Assembly: GCF_000143415.4 (NCBI RefSeq)
Contig: NW_003314443.1
Coordinates: 1-64,000, forward strand
Length of the DNA stretch: 64,000 bases
Source of the DNA: Selaginella moellendorffii
Lineage: Eukaryota > Plantae > Lycopodiophyta
Direction: 5' to 3'
Shown here: piece by piece, positions 37,101 through 50,860 of the stretch
Layout: each line of letters begins with the position of its first letter
How positions within the stretch are numbered: the stretch's first letter is position 1
Translations under genes and position numbers: made by a program
Notes under the pieces: model-generated
Seen by the model: the letters and a program-made list of their open reading frames with translations, nothing else
What the model was told of the DNA's origin: nothing
Database searches by the model: none

Positions 37101-38920
37101 CAGCAACAAACAGTAGCAAAAATCTCTAAGTCCCAAGCTACTGTTGGATCTACGCCACCTGAGCAAATATCAACAGAGTTAACTTCATCAGCAATATCCA
37201 CCATTGATTTACAATCAAGCCAAATCAAACCACATCAATTCCATCAACAAATCTCTACCGTTCATCACCAGCAATCGAGCGCCACACGATCAGCCAACCA
37301 ACAGTTACAGGTTTCAAGAACCCTAACGGGGCGAGCACTTCGACCACAAAAAATGAAGAGAAAGATGCCAGCTCATCCACCCCAGCGCCTCAAATACGTC
37401 ATACACCATATTCCTAAGCTTCCCAGCAACGACACAACCACCTGGCTCAAGGACCACGGATTCGAGCTCCTCCACAAGGCCTTTTCAACAAACCCTGATA
37501 AAAAACTAGCGAGGAAACTGGCCGCCTCCTTCAACACCAAGAACAGCACCATAACCGACGGCACCAACGAGATCACCCTCAGCCCAGCAAGAATTGCCTC
37601 TGTTTTCAAAATCTCCAACAAGGGACTGCTCAAATTTTCAGGAGAAGTTCCACAGCAAATCATCAAGGCCAATCGAGAAATTACCAGTGAGCTCACATGG
37701 GAGGACATCAAGGAGCAGCATATGGATCACCTCAAAGCCCTCCTCCTCTACTACGAACTTCGCCCAACAGATCGCACCATCAGCAAGCGCACAGCAGAAG
37801 TCTATGGAGCTCTACTCGACGGCAAACGTGTGAACGTGGCTCATCATCTCCACAAGCTCCTTCTCAAGCTTCTCGACCGCGCCATCTTTGCCACACTCAA
37901 CAAGAAGACCATGTGGACAGTAATCTTCCCACTGCTGATCGCTCTACACCAAGCTCTTCCCAACAAGCAACCGTGGACAACCCAAACGAACTCCACAGAA
38001 CAAAGCGACAGCTCCGAAGAACACTCAGAATCAGAAGGAGCAACTCCCAGCAAGAAACCGAAGCCAGCATCTCAACAATCAGGCTCAACTCACTCCAACA
38101 ACACCAGCTCCAGCAACAAACACTCCAACAATTCAACTCCACTTCGCCGCAGCCTCACACGCAAAACACCAGCGAATCCAGCTCCCAAACCACTGATCCG
38201 AGAGCACCTCGTCATCAGTGACAAGGAACACAACTCACACCACCATCCACACTCACCCCAGAGCCTGCATCCACTCGAATCAACCCCAAAACCGACAACT
38301 TCTCACAAACACATCAATATTGCTAAAGGAAAACGTCAGCTGATCGCCCAAAACTCAATTTCTCCACCAGCTGAGAACAACATTCTCAACGCCCCGACCT
38401 CCTTGACACGTTCCACAAAAGAAAACATTGACTACCTTCGCCAATCACTTGAAGAACACGCAACCATACTTGAGCAGCAGTAGCAACAAGCGATGGAAAC
38501 TGACTATGTTCGCACCGAGGACAATGTCTAGTTCTGTCAGGGGAGCAGAGTGTATCAACCAAAAACCCAGGTTCAAGGGACTCTGACTTTGAACCCAGGG
38601 CTGCATCGAAGCCATAGATTAAATCATGCATAGCATATAGTATATGCTAACAGTTAGAACTGCTAGCCTTTCAAAGGGGGGAATCCAAATTGTGGATCCC
38701 TATCTCCATTCCATCATTTTTATTATTAATACACAACATTCTTTTACTCGGGGGGAATCCAAATTGTGGATCCCTATCTCCATTCTATCATTTTTATTAT
38801 CAATACACAACATTCTTTTACTCGTGTTTCTTCTCTGCCCTTGGAGATAGGGCCCTTTTCTCTTTTGTTTTTCTTACTAACAATAGATTTCCAGCGAAGA
38901 GGAGTTTTCACACCTCTTCA
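34172..38920 (+). mobile_element. Gypsy copy 2, 5'-truncated (RT to 3' LTR), inverted duplicate of copy 1
   Basis: Reverse complement of ~18843-24453 with deletions. LTR 38551-38920 has an internal ~75-bp tandem duplication and is followed by GTAAT, the same ATTAC target site. Confidence 0.93.
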
Positions 38921-41900
38921 GTAATTGAGAGAGAGGGGATGGAAAATGTTGCCTTTGTCTGGGTGCAACCGGATGGAGAGCTCCAAGGGATTCAAGCCAC
39001 CCAAACATCGAGAGATGGCACTAAACCCTAATTGCTTCTTAATGTATATCATACCTTCACCATAATGGTGCAAGCTCTCGCTCATTTCTAAGAAAATGGA
39101 TACAAGAGTTGAGGTGCTTTTCATAAGAAGTATTCATAAGCTTCTGCACAAGAGCATTTACATTTATAAACAATTTATAAACAAAGAGGAGCTTGAAGCC
39201 CACCGATACTCCTGAAAAGTCTGAACTTATATGCAAGGTGGGTTTTATAAGATTTCTGTTGTTTTGCATGTCTAGAAAAATTTGCTGCAGTCAAGCTCAA
39301 GAAAGAAACCATTCTCTTCTCGATGGAATGAAACTCTCACTTGCTCCATGCTCTAGCGAGGCCATGGCAAACAAAACGGCTTGGATGGACTCTACATCTC
39401 AATCTGAGCAAGTAGCTGATGCAGAAGCTATTTTTGAGAAACAAAGTATAAGTATGCTGCAACAAGAACCAGCAACATCCATTTAAGATATTGTTCTGGA
39501 AGATGGCTTGTCTGAGCTCGAGTTTGATTTGATCCAGGCACCCTGGTCCCATCTATTCTTCACTTGGTTGTCAAAGCTGGAGGTCCATAGCTTTCGATCC
39601 TTTCAAATCCTTGGGGCGTGAGACTTGGAGCTCCAACTTTTGATGCCTTTTCTTGGCAATAATATATTGCTCTGAAACCGTGAAAGCTTACTCACCTGCA
39701 AAAAAAACTCCAGGGTTGCACCAGACATCCAATAAACCAGGGAAGCTCTCGAGGAAAATCCTAGATTCAACATAAACAAGTCACACCTCATGGAATTGGT
39801 GGTGATCTTGGTGCAACTAGCTAGTTAAGCTTGTCCTCAAACACATGGTTTTGGCATTTGTCTTTCACACTATTGTCCAATCTTGTGAGAGCCTTGACCG
39901 AGCTTAAACTCAATCAGCTGAGAGCAAGCTGTCTCAAAAGTTTCCAAAGAGCAGAAGGCATAACACAAAGGTCACAAACTCGTCTCATCACAAGTTGCAT
40001 GTGGTCACTCCACGCCTTGGATGTTGATGAACTACAGGCCTCCATTTATCTTGGAAAATACATCTATGAGGAATGAAGCAATCTGGACAATAGTATAAGC
40101 AAAATGAGCACGAGAAGAACCATACATATCGTGGAAAAGCATGAGTTCTACACTCAAAACGACACACACATGGCACGGGCAATGTTCGATCAAATGCCCG
40201 AGTGCCACAACATTGTCGCATGGATTGCTAGGCCTACGCTCTCACTGGGAATTTCTTCCACGCTTTAATTTGATCCTCTACCAGGAGATGGTCTTGGAAG
40301 GAATGGCTCCCGACTAGATCACATTCACTTCCGAAATCAGAAAAGTTCTTTGTCAGGATGTACCATCTAGTAGGACGAAACTGGCCTCAAGAATGCTAGA
40401 GCATAAGTTATAACATGTAGCTACGTGGGGCTCCTCGCCAAATGATGAACCTATGCAGAGACTTGCCCGATTGTGGAGCACTAGTACACGCAAGGTGGAT
40501 TGTTAACATTGAGGATGTCATTGTCGTGTGCTAAAGTGGCCTGAAGAACGCCACCGTGATTGGATTCCTTGTGATTCCATCACTCTTTTAGCTAATAGAG
40601 CTTCTAATTACAATCTTTTACAAGGAACCCACCTAAGCTCGGTTACAATCTTTTAAAATGAACCCAGGACTAAGCTCAATAATGAAGATTAGGCCATTGT
40701 TGGGAGTTGTGCTCTTATTGGATAGCTCATTGTAACGCTTGAGCTAAATGCTTTTCAATTAAAACGTACAATAATATGCTTTGCCTCCTGTGGGAACATG
40801 CAGTCTATGTTAGGAGATCTCCAGGCATGGTGGATCAATGTTCCATCTGGAACGGATGAAATTTCTTGCTCAAGGTGCTCGTCTGACCACATTCCACAGC
40901 AATATTCTGAAGCTGTATGTGAAGGAGATATTCGATGGGTTGTACAAAGAGATCAGGAAGATCCTGGTGCCGTTCATGTGGATGTTGTGCTGCCATTTGA
41001 ATGGAAATTCGGGGTTTGGTAAATCTGCATTCGTCTGGTACTTCCGGTCATGATCTACGAGCCCAGAGCGACTGTTTTGAGGGTAACAAGCTCAGGGTGG
41101 TGAATAGAGAAGACTTCCCTCAGGAGATTGTGCTGGACAGCAAAGTAGATACCATCTCATCGATCAGTGAGTGGACTTGGGGCGGACGTGGGAAAAGCAC
41201 GAGTACGATGCTCTTGTGTCTTCTTGGAGGAAATGCGTGACAGACTACGAGAGTGGATCAGAAGAAGCCAAAGAGATAATGCAGAGAGTGAATGCTGCTG
41301 AAATGGCGTTTGAATGGTTTGGAGGTTAGAAGCAAACGGTCTGACTGTGGAAGCTTTCGAAAGGGATTGAAGCACCTGAGTATGGTTCTGACTCCTGATT
41401 TTGTCCTTCAAGCGTTTTGAGCGTTGGTGGTCCAGGAAACCAAGGTGCGCATCTTCATGCTCTCAAACATGCTCCTGGAGGCGCTCAAGTTGAAACTTGC
41501 GTGAGAGCTATCCAGCAGACAATGGTCTTGCGCAGGATCTCGTGAACGGCCTTGTCAAAATGCCCATTCTCGCAAATGCGAGGATCCACGGTACTGGATT
41601 CGACCGAAGCTGTTCTTCGTGAGGGCAACGACGCCTTGGATGGTCCTAATTCGTTGTAATTCTTAGGATACTACTTTATCCATCACGAATAGCATCAATA
41701 CAGTAATCACTTCGAAGCTTTTAAAATAGGATCTACATATTTGTCTTGGTAATGGGAGATTTCACTTCCTGAACATAGTCGCTTCTATATATCAGGTGAA
41801 GCAAGATCTAACGTCCACATCTTGATTGATTTCATTTGCTGTTAAATCCATCCATTTTTTGAATTTTTTTTGTGTGTGGCTATCCGGCACCAGGAATCGT

Positions 41901-42918
41901 CTAAAATCCATGGTGAGGCTCTTTGGGTATCGAGGTTTCTTCATTTGAATCCTTGGAATCTTTCGGTTTTCGGCTTTCGACATCCAAGCCGGCTCCCTTT
42001 CGTCCTTGGGCGGCTGGATGCCTTGGATGATCGCTGCATTTTGCCGCGTCTTGGCGTCCGGAAGGGATGCGTCAGGGAGCGAAGCAATTGCGTCAGAATA
42101 GATGCAGCTGAGCTCCTGGACCAGCTCGTCCCAAGTCCGGCATGACAGGCCCGTTGTGTAGTTGAGAGGGAGGGATGGGAAAGGTTGCCTTTGTCTGGGT
42201 GCAACCGGATGGAGAGCTCCGAGGGATTCAAGCCACCCAAACATCGAGAGATGGCAGCTTTCCGCTGCACAGAGGAAGACGAATACCCGAGTCTCTCCCA
42301 CCTCGCGAAACCGTAGCCACTAAAATCTAACGGTTTGGATGGTATATTCTAAGATATCCTTTAATCCAACGGCTGTGATGTATCGCTCTTAACCTTTTAT
42401 TTGTTGTAGTTACCACTAATATAAACTGCGTTTAGAAGTTCATTCTTATTCACTATTTCTAGCTTGTTGTCTAGTGTCTTTCTTGTTCAAATGGTGAGGA
42501 AAGCTTGCATATGCTGGCAGGGTCATCGAGAATTGAATGGCACAACATTATGTGTGATTGATCCATTATGCTGAAGTGACAACTGATGAGAATTTGGTAT
42601 ATATGATCGAATTGGTAAGCTCAATGGCATGTTTGTGCTGTTTGTGTGCTACTGGAGCAAATCAAATATATGTCTTCCCTTCCACAAAATTTGATTGCAT
42701 GGCTACAGTGGAGATGCACTTAAGTTAACATGTTTGTTTAAGTCTGTAATAATGGATTCCATTGATTACACTTTTGGTTTCCTATGATCTAACACCCAGA
42801 AACTCAACACAGTTAATTTAATAATAAAATAATAAAATAGTGTTCATGTTAGGGGGCAACCCTAACACCGTATTATTCTTAATTGAAAGTCGAGCCCGAT
42901 GGGAATCGAACCCAGCAA
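38921..42918 (-). repeat. Chimeric repeat copy C (inverted)
   Basis: 38921-42496 is the reverse complement of 9691-13254; 42497-42918 is the reverse complement of ~18097-18529. Confidence 0.9.
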
Positions 42919-45900
42919 CATCACAGCCGTTGGATTAAAGGATATCTTAGAATATACCATCCAAACCGTTAGATTTTAGTGCGGCTACGGTTTCGCGAGG
43001 TGAGAGAGACTCGGGTATTCGTCTTCCTCTGTGCAGCGGAAAGCTGCCATCTCTCGATGTTTGGGTGGCTTGAATCCCTCGGAGCTCTCCATCCGGTTGC
43101 ACCCAGACAAAGGCGACGTTTTCCATCCCCTCTCTCTCAACTACACAACGGGCCTGTCGTGCCGGACTTGGGACGAGCTGGTCCAGGAGCTCAGCTGCAT
43201 CTATTCTGACGCAATTGCTTCGCTCCCTGACACATCCCTTCCGGACGCCAAGACGCGGCAAAATGCAGCGATCATCCAAGGCATCCAGCCGCCCAAGGAC
43301 GAAAGGGAGCCGGCTTGGATGTCGAAAACCGAAAACCGAAAGATTCCAAGGATTCAAATGAAGAAACCTTGATACCCAAAGAGCCTCACCATGGATTTTA
43401 GACGATTCCTGGTGCCGGATAGCCACACACAAAAAAAATTCAAAAAATGGATGGATTTAACATCACCTGATATATAGAAGCGACTATGTTCAGGAAGTGA
43501 AATCTCCCATTACCAAGACAAAATATGTAGATCCTATTTTAAAAGCTTCGAAGTGATTACTGTATTGATGCTATTCGTGATGGATAAAGTAGTATCCTAA
43601 GAATTACAACGACTTCCATCATTACGACCATCCAAGGCGTCGTTGCCCTCACGAAGAACAGCTTCGGTCAAATCCCGGAGAAGAATCCAGTACCGTGGAT
43701 CCTCGCATTTGCGAGAATGGGCATTTTGACAAGGCCGTTCACGAGATCCTGCGCAAGACCATTGTCTGCTGGATAGCTCTCACGCAAGTTTCAGCTTGAG
43801 CGCCGCCAGGAGCATGTTTGAGAGCATGAAGATGCGCACCTTGGTTTCCTGGACCACCAACGCTCAAAACGCTTGAAGGACAAAATCAGGAGTCAGAACC
43901 ATACTCAGGTGCTTCAATCCCTTTCGAAAGCTTCCACAGTCAGACCGTTTGCTTCTACATCCCAAAGAAACCAGGGGATACCTCCAAACCATTCAAACGC
44001 CATTTCAGCAGCATTCACTCTCTGCGTTATCTCTTTGGCTTCTTCCGATCCACTCTCGTAGTCTGTCACGCGTTTCCTCCAAGAAGACACAAGAGCATCG
44101 TACTCCTGCTTTTCCCACGCAGGCAGATAGCGAGTGAACGTTGTCCGCTTGGCTTTTCTGACATTGAACTCGTCTGATGATGAAGCAGCAACAAGGGTTT
44201 TATTTCCAACCATCCGCCCCAAGTCCACTCACAGATCGATGAGATGGTATCTACTTTGCTGTCCAGCACGATCTCCTGAGGGAAGTCTTCTCTATTCACC
44301 ACCCTGAGCTTGTTACCCTTGAACATCAAAACAGTTGCTCTGGACTCGTAGATCATGACTGGAAGTACCAGACGAATGCAGATTTACCAACCCCCGAATT
44401 TCCATTCAAATGGCAGCACAACATCCACATGAACGGCACCAGGATCTTCCTGATCTCTTTGTACAACCCATCGAATATCTCCTTCACGTACAGCTTCAGA
44501 ATATTGCTGTGGAATGTGGTCAGACGAGCACCTTGAGCAAGAAATTTCATCCGTTCCAGATGGAACATTGATCCACCATGCCTGCTGAGATCTCCTAACA
44601 TAGACTGCATGTTCCCACAGGAGGCAAAGCATATTATTGTACGTTTTAATTGAAAAGCATTTAGCTCAAGCGTTACAATGAGCTATCCAATAAGAGCACA
44701 ACTCCCAACAATGGCCTAATCTTCATTATTGAGCTTAGTCCTGGGTTCATTTTAAAAGATTGTAACCGAGCTTAGTCTTTGTACTGTGGGTTCCTTGTAA
44801 AAGATTGTAATTAGAAGCTCTATTAGCTAAAAGAGTGATGGAATCACAAGGAATCCAATCACGGTGGCGTTCTTCAGGCCACTTTAGCACACGACAATGA
44901 CATCCTCAATGTTAACAATCCACCTTGCGTGTACTAGTGCTCCACGATCGGGCAAGTCTCTACACATAGGTTCATCATTTGGCGAGGAGCCCCAGGTAGC
45001 TACATGTTATAACTTATGCTCTAGCATTCTTGAGGCCAGTTTCGTCCTACTAGATGGTACATCCTGACAAAGAACTGACAAAGAACTTTTCTGATTTCGG
45101 AAGTGAATGTGATCTAGTCGGGAGCCATTCCTTCCAAGACCATCTCCTGGTAGAGGATCAAATTAAAGCGTGGAAGAAATTCCCAGTGAGAGCGTAGGCC
45201 TAGCAGTCCATGCGACAATGTTGTGGCACTCGGGCATTTGATCGAACATTGCCCGTGCCATGTGTGTGTCGTTTTGAGTGTAGAACTCATGCTTTTCCAC
45301 GGTATGTATGGCTCTTCTCGTGCTCATTTTGCTTATACTATTGTCCAGATTGCTTCATTCCTCATAGATGTATTTTCCAAGATAAATGGAGGCCTGTAGT
45401 TCATCAACATCCAAGGCGTGGAGTGACCACAATGCAACTTGTGATGAGACGAGTTTGTGACCTTTGTATTATGCCTTCTGCTCTTTGGAAACTTTTGAGA
45501 CAGCTTGTTCTCAGCTGATTGAGTTTAAGCTCGGTCAAGGCTTTCACAAGATTGGACAATAGTGTGAAAGACGAATGCCAAAACCATGTGTTTGAGGACA
45601 AGCTTAACTAGCTAGTTGCACCAAGATCACCACCAATTCCATGAGGTGTGACTTGTTTATGTTGAATCTAGGATTTTCCTCAAGAGCTTCCCTGGTTTAT
45701 TGGATGTCTGGTGCAACCCTGGAGTTTTTTTTGCAGTGAGTAAGCTTTCACGGTTTCAGAGCAGTATATTATTGCCAAGAAAAGGCATCAAAAGTTGGAG
45801 CAGGATTTGAAAGGATCGAAACCTATGGACCTCCAAGCTTTGACAACCAAGTGAAGAATAGATGGGACCAGGGTGCCTGGATCAAATCAAACTCGAGCTC

Positions 45901-48900
45901 AGACAAGCCATCTTCCACGACAATACCTTAAACGGCTGTTACGCTTTGTTTCTCAAAAGTAGCCTTTGCATCAGCTGCTTGTCAGATTGAGACGAAGAGT
46001 CCACCCATTTTGTTTGCCATGGCCTCGCCAGAGCATGGAGCAAGTGAGAGTTTCATTCCATCGAGAAGAGAATGGTTTCTTTCTTGAGCTTGACTGCAGC
46101 AGATTTTTCTAGACATGCAAAACGACAGAAATCTTATAAAACCCACCTTGCATATGTCTCATGAATAAGTTTGGACTTTTCAGGAGTATCGGTGGGCCTC
46201 AAGCTCCTCTTTGTTTATAAATTGTTTATAAATGTAAATGCTCTTGTGCAGGAAGCTTATGAATACTTCTTATGAAAAGCACCTCAACTCTTGTATCCAT
46301 TTTCGTGGCTCGATTTTGGTAGCATCTGTAACGTTATGCGGCTGTAGAGTGGCTGTTGCCTGATGCATTCTTGAAACACTTTGCTCTCTTTAACAGAAGA
46401 AACAGTCTGTTGTAACACACAAAGCTTAGACATTTTTCACCCCAAAAGGAAAGAAATATACCTTGAGGTATAGCCTGAAGCCGTGTCCCACAACTTGACG
46501 CCCAAGGAAGTTAATCACCCATGTCGGAACAAGGTCGAGCTTAAGGTCCAGGTGCATTACTGCTCTGTAAAAGAAGTAGTGACTATCTTAAGAAGAAAAC
46601 AAAAAAAAAAAAAAAAAACTAATAGCGTACCTTATGTAGCATTTCTCGTCGCTAATCTTCTGGAGGATGAATCCACCGTTGGCTTCCATGCGAATGACGC
46701 CTTCTTTTGGAGGAGGCAAATGAGAAGCATTAAAACCATGGATGGTCTCCTTGACGGTAGTCTCTGCTTCCTGGGGGACCTGGCAAATCACCACCATTGG
46801 AGTGAATATAATAACAAAAGCGGCACAGTGATTGATAGCTTAACTGTTCGCAAGCAGCCAACCACGGCATCCAATTCAGGTAGCTCCAGTTCGAAAGACG
46901 TGACCAGCATTTCTCTTGTCGCAAACGGCCATGGAACCTTGCACTTGGCAAGAGCTTGTAGAATTTAAACACGGGATGGAGGACCACCAGCGTTGTGGCT
47001 TTTGGATTGATCAGCAGGGCACAAGGGATATACGTTGCAGTGAAAGCATTGCTTTCCCACAGTTCATCTTTCGCCCTTTTTGCTCTAAATACTCTTGTTG
47101 TGGACAGCCACCTTTTGGCCCCGAGTACTTTCCATGCATTGCCCCCTCTTCTTCACACAGGGTGTGACTTGAAATTTCATGGATTTTTTCTTGTTGCTGC
47201 TAGGAACAAGCATCAAACTTGGATAGAACACGACAAGAAAGCCCCTTGATGAAATCTCAAGCTCCCCAGGATTTGAAAGAACAGAGAAGTACCTCCAGCC
47301 TTGTACTCTTAACTTTGCTGCTAATCAAGAGTGTGCCTGGATCAATTTAATCTTCAATGCTCAAACAAGCCATCTTCGGACATTCAGTCGTTGGATGCAG
47401 GGAAACCTTGTTTCTCAAAAGAAGAAAAGGTAGGTTATCCCAGGGATTCAGTGGTGAAATCTTCATTCCATAATGGTTTCTTTCTTGAGCTTCACAACCG
47501 GATGACAGCCTTATAAAACGTTCCCACGGGTTTAGAAAGGATGCTTAGAAATGAGCGAGAGCTTGCGCCGTTATGGTGAAGGTATGATATACGTTAAGAA
47601 GCAATTAGTGTCCGATTTGGACGGGAACCTGATGGCCGGATATCTGGCTAGAATAAACAAATAGGTCACAGGTTCGAATCCACAGCCAGAGACCCAATCA
47701 AAATTTTTTGCAACGCTTCTCCCTCCTTTGCATTTTGCAAGCTACTGTGATCAGAGTGAGCTCTTCTGCCTGCAGTCATCTCGGGATGAGAACTACTTGT
47801 CGTCCATAGCCCAAGACTACAGCATGTCCACGATCATGGAACACTTAAGATGCTTGGTGGATCTGCTGGGCAGATCTGGGAAGCTAGACAAGGCCAGTGT
47901 CGAGCCAAATTTCAGCGCTGGAGAATGAAAGAGTGGGGAAAAGTCCGATGCTAGTGCAGCTCCAACCATTCTTCTCAATCCCTGTCGATTACACTCAAAG
48001 GAATGTCCCCGAATGAGGCTCGAATGTGCTCTTGGCACAAGTGATCCAGGCCACAGAGTCGACTAGCGCGTGGATCTCCCCCGGATCGGCATTGATAGCT
48101 GCCAAGAGAAATAACTGGATGCTCGAAAAAAGAGTAACAAGGGCAAATGCCGCGATCGCAATCTTCCACGAGAAAGAACCTCGATCTTTCATCTTCTGGA
48201 AGATTTCCAGCGCCCGCACTTTCCATACCTTTCTATGACCAGATTAGCAAGGAACCTCGAGGCCGCTGGAGACGATTTTCCTCGTGGATGCGCCTTCCCC
48301 CTCCCAGATCTGTGCTCACCGCATTCTCGCCCAGGCGCCCACCGCTGGAGATCGCTCCTCCTTCCTGCAAATCTTCGCTGGATGGCACCTCCTCGTCAAG
48401 GCTCAAGAACGATGCCATGGAAAACCACCGCCATTGCCATTATACGCTACTGCTGCACATTTTCGATCCAGGGGGCTCTTTACCCGGGCGGTCTGCTGCT
48501 GCCGGGCGTGCTCTATGAGTCGAGCAGCATGGTCTTTCTTCTCAGTCTCAGACATCTTCAAACTAGGCTCACAAGCACAAGCACTGCTTTTCCGCGGTAT
48601 GTATGGTTCTTCTCGTGCTCATTTTGTTTATACTCTTGTCCAGTCCAGATCGCTTCATTCCTCGTCTTCGCCACCCTTTGGCCTCGAGCATTTTCCAAGA
48701 TAAAATGGAGGCCTGTAGTTCATCAACATCCAAGGCGTGGAGTGACCACAACGCAACTTGTGATGAGATGAGTTGGTGACCTGGTATACGTTTTTTGTGT
48801 TATGCCATCTGCTCTTTGGAAACTTTTGAGAAAGCTTGCTCTGAGCTGATTGAGTTTGAGCTTGGTCAAGGCTCTCACAGGTTTATTGGATCTCTGGTGC

Positions 48901-50285
48901 AACCCTGGAGTTTTGTTTGCGGGTGAGTAAGCTTTCACGGTTTCAGAGCAATATATTATATTATTGCCAAGAGAAGGCATCAAAACTTGGAGCTCCAGAG
49001 TCTCATGCCCCGAGGATTTGAAAGGATCCAAACCTATGGACCTCCAGCTTGGACAACCAAGTGAAAAATAGATTCCCGGGACCATGGTGCCTAGATCAAA
49101 TCAAACTCGAGCTCAGACAAGCCATCTTCCAGAACAATATCTTAAACGGATGTTGCTGGTTCTTGTTGCAGCATACTTATACTTTGTTTCTCAAAAATAG
49201 CTTCTCCATCAGCTGCTTGCTCAGATTGAGATGCAGAGTCCATCCAACCCGTTTTGTTTGCCATGGCCTCGCCAGAGCATGGAGAAAGTGAGAGTTTCAT
49301 TCCATCAGGAAGAGAATGGTTTCTTTCTTGAGCTTGACAGCAGCAACGCGCTGCGCGCCATGCGCCCACAAAACGAAAATCTCTTGCGCCGCTGTTTACA
49401 TTATGGTATACGTTAAGAAGCAATTAGTGTACACTTTGGACGGGAACCTGATGGCCGGATATCTGGCTAGAATAAAAAAATATGTTGGCACAGGTTTGAA
49501 CCCACAGCCAGAGACCCAATCAAATTTTTTTGTATGAACGAGGGATTTCTCTTCTCCGCAAAGTCGCTCTCGGCAGCGTTGCTGGAGCTAAATCTTCTCT
49601 CGTGCCGATCCCCCCGAATGATCCACGCCGCAGCGCCGGGTTCAGGCTCTTGGTTCGCGCGATATTCCCTTTCGCTGGCAAATGCGAGCAGCAAGAACAG
49701 GGCATTCGATCGATGCGGCGTCAATCTTGTTCGATTAGGAGTTCCGTGATCGTCTCCTGGAACGCGATGGTCACCGCGTATGTGGCGGCATCCCGCATCC
49801 GAGAGTGAGAGTGTATCTCAGAGCGCCATGGAACTCGATGATAATGGCGCTCGCGCAGCAGGGGCAAATTGTGGCAGCGAAATCGAGCTTGGGCAAAAAC
49901 GCCGGCCAAGGATCTGGTGTCCTGGACGAATCTACTGCCCAGAATGACAGGACGTTCCATGGGTTCCCCTTCCAGCAGTGAATAGCAGACCACCTCCAAA
50001 GAAATCTTTGATTTCATGCCGGATGAAGACGGTATTGATTCGGCCAGTAGCTGCTCTCCAGGATCCGCGCGTGGATCCTCTGGCCTCGCAGACCCTGGAT
50101 GTCGTCCACGTGGACAATCAGATGGATTCCAAATCTTGTTTTTCAAATAAGAGGTGCTGAAATAATATTTTGTTATCTGCCAGTGTTCATGGCTTTGTGG
50201 TTATAGCATGCACGCTGTAATGTTCTATTGTGAAGGGTTGCTGGGTTCGATTCCCATTTTCAATTAAGAATAGTACGGTGTTAGG
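42919..50285 (+). repeat. Chimeric repeat copy D
   Basis: Direct copy of ~9806-18153, except that 13085-14970 is replaced by a different gene fragment. Confidence 0.9.
46305..46975 (-). pseudogene. Captured intron-containing fragment of a START-like (polyketide cyclase/lipid transport superfamily) gene
   Basis: IHGFNASHLPPPKEGVIRMEANGGFILQKISDEKCYIR | intron | VMHLDLKLDLVPTWVINFLGRQVVGHGFRLYLK | intron. Confidence 0.65.
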
Positions 50286-50860
50286 CACTACAAACGTCAA
50301 GTTGATGGATCTCGAGATCCAATTCTGCAGCTAGGATTAGTAGCATACGAATGGTTGTGAGTTTCACCACAACCATTCGAGTTTCTCCAAGTAGTCCAGC
50401 CCATGTGCCACAAATCTCGCCTTGTAGCACTCAATGCTTCCATCAGCGTTGTACTTTTTTGGATGAGACGAGCTTTCTGCGAGCTGGAAGTTCAACCAGC
50501 GACAAGTGTTGTTTTTCTGGAGAGAATCATACTCCTCCTGCATAGCTGCCTGCCAGTGCTCAGCTTCTGGTCCGTGTAGAGCCGCCTGGGGACCGAGAGA
50601 GGAGCTGATCACAGTACTTCTCTTCCTTCTCCGAGTAGTCCAGCCCATGTGCCACAAATCTCGCCTTGTAGCACTCAATGCTTCCATCAGCATTGTACTT
50701 TTTCTTAAACAACCACTTGGATGAGACGAGCTTTCTGCGAGCTGGAAGTTCAACCAGCGACAAGTGTTGTTTTTCTGGAGAGAATCATACTCCTCCTGCA
50801 TAGCTGCCTGCCAGTGCTCAGCTTCTGGTCCATGTAGAGCCGCCTGGGGACCGAGAGAGG

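Noticed and set aside
50286-50294. CACTACAAA as a CACTA transposon terminus
   Set aside because: No matching opposite end, subterminal repeats or CACTA transposase in the window.
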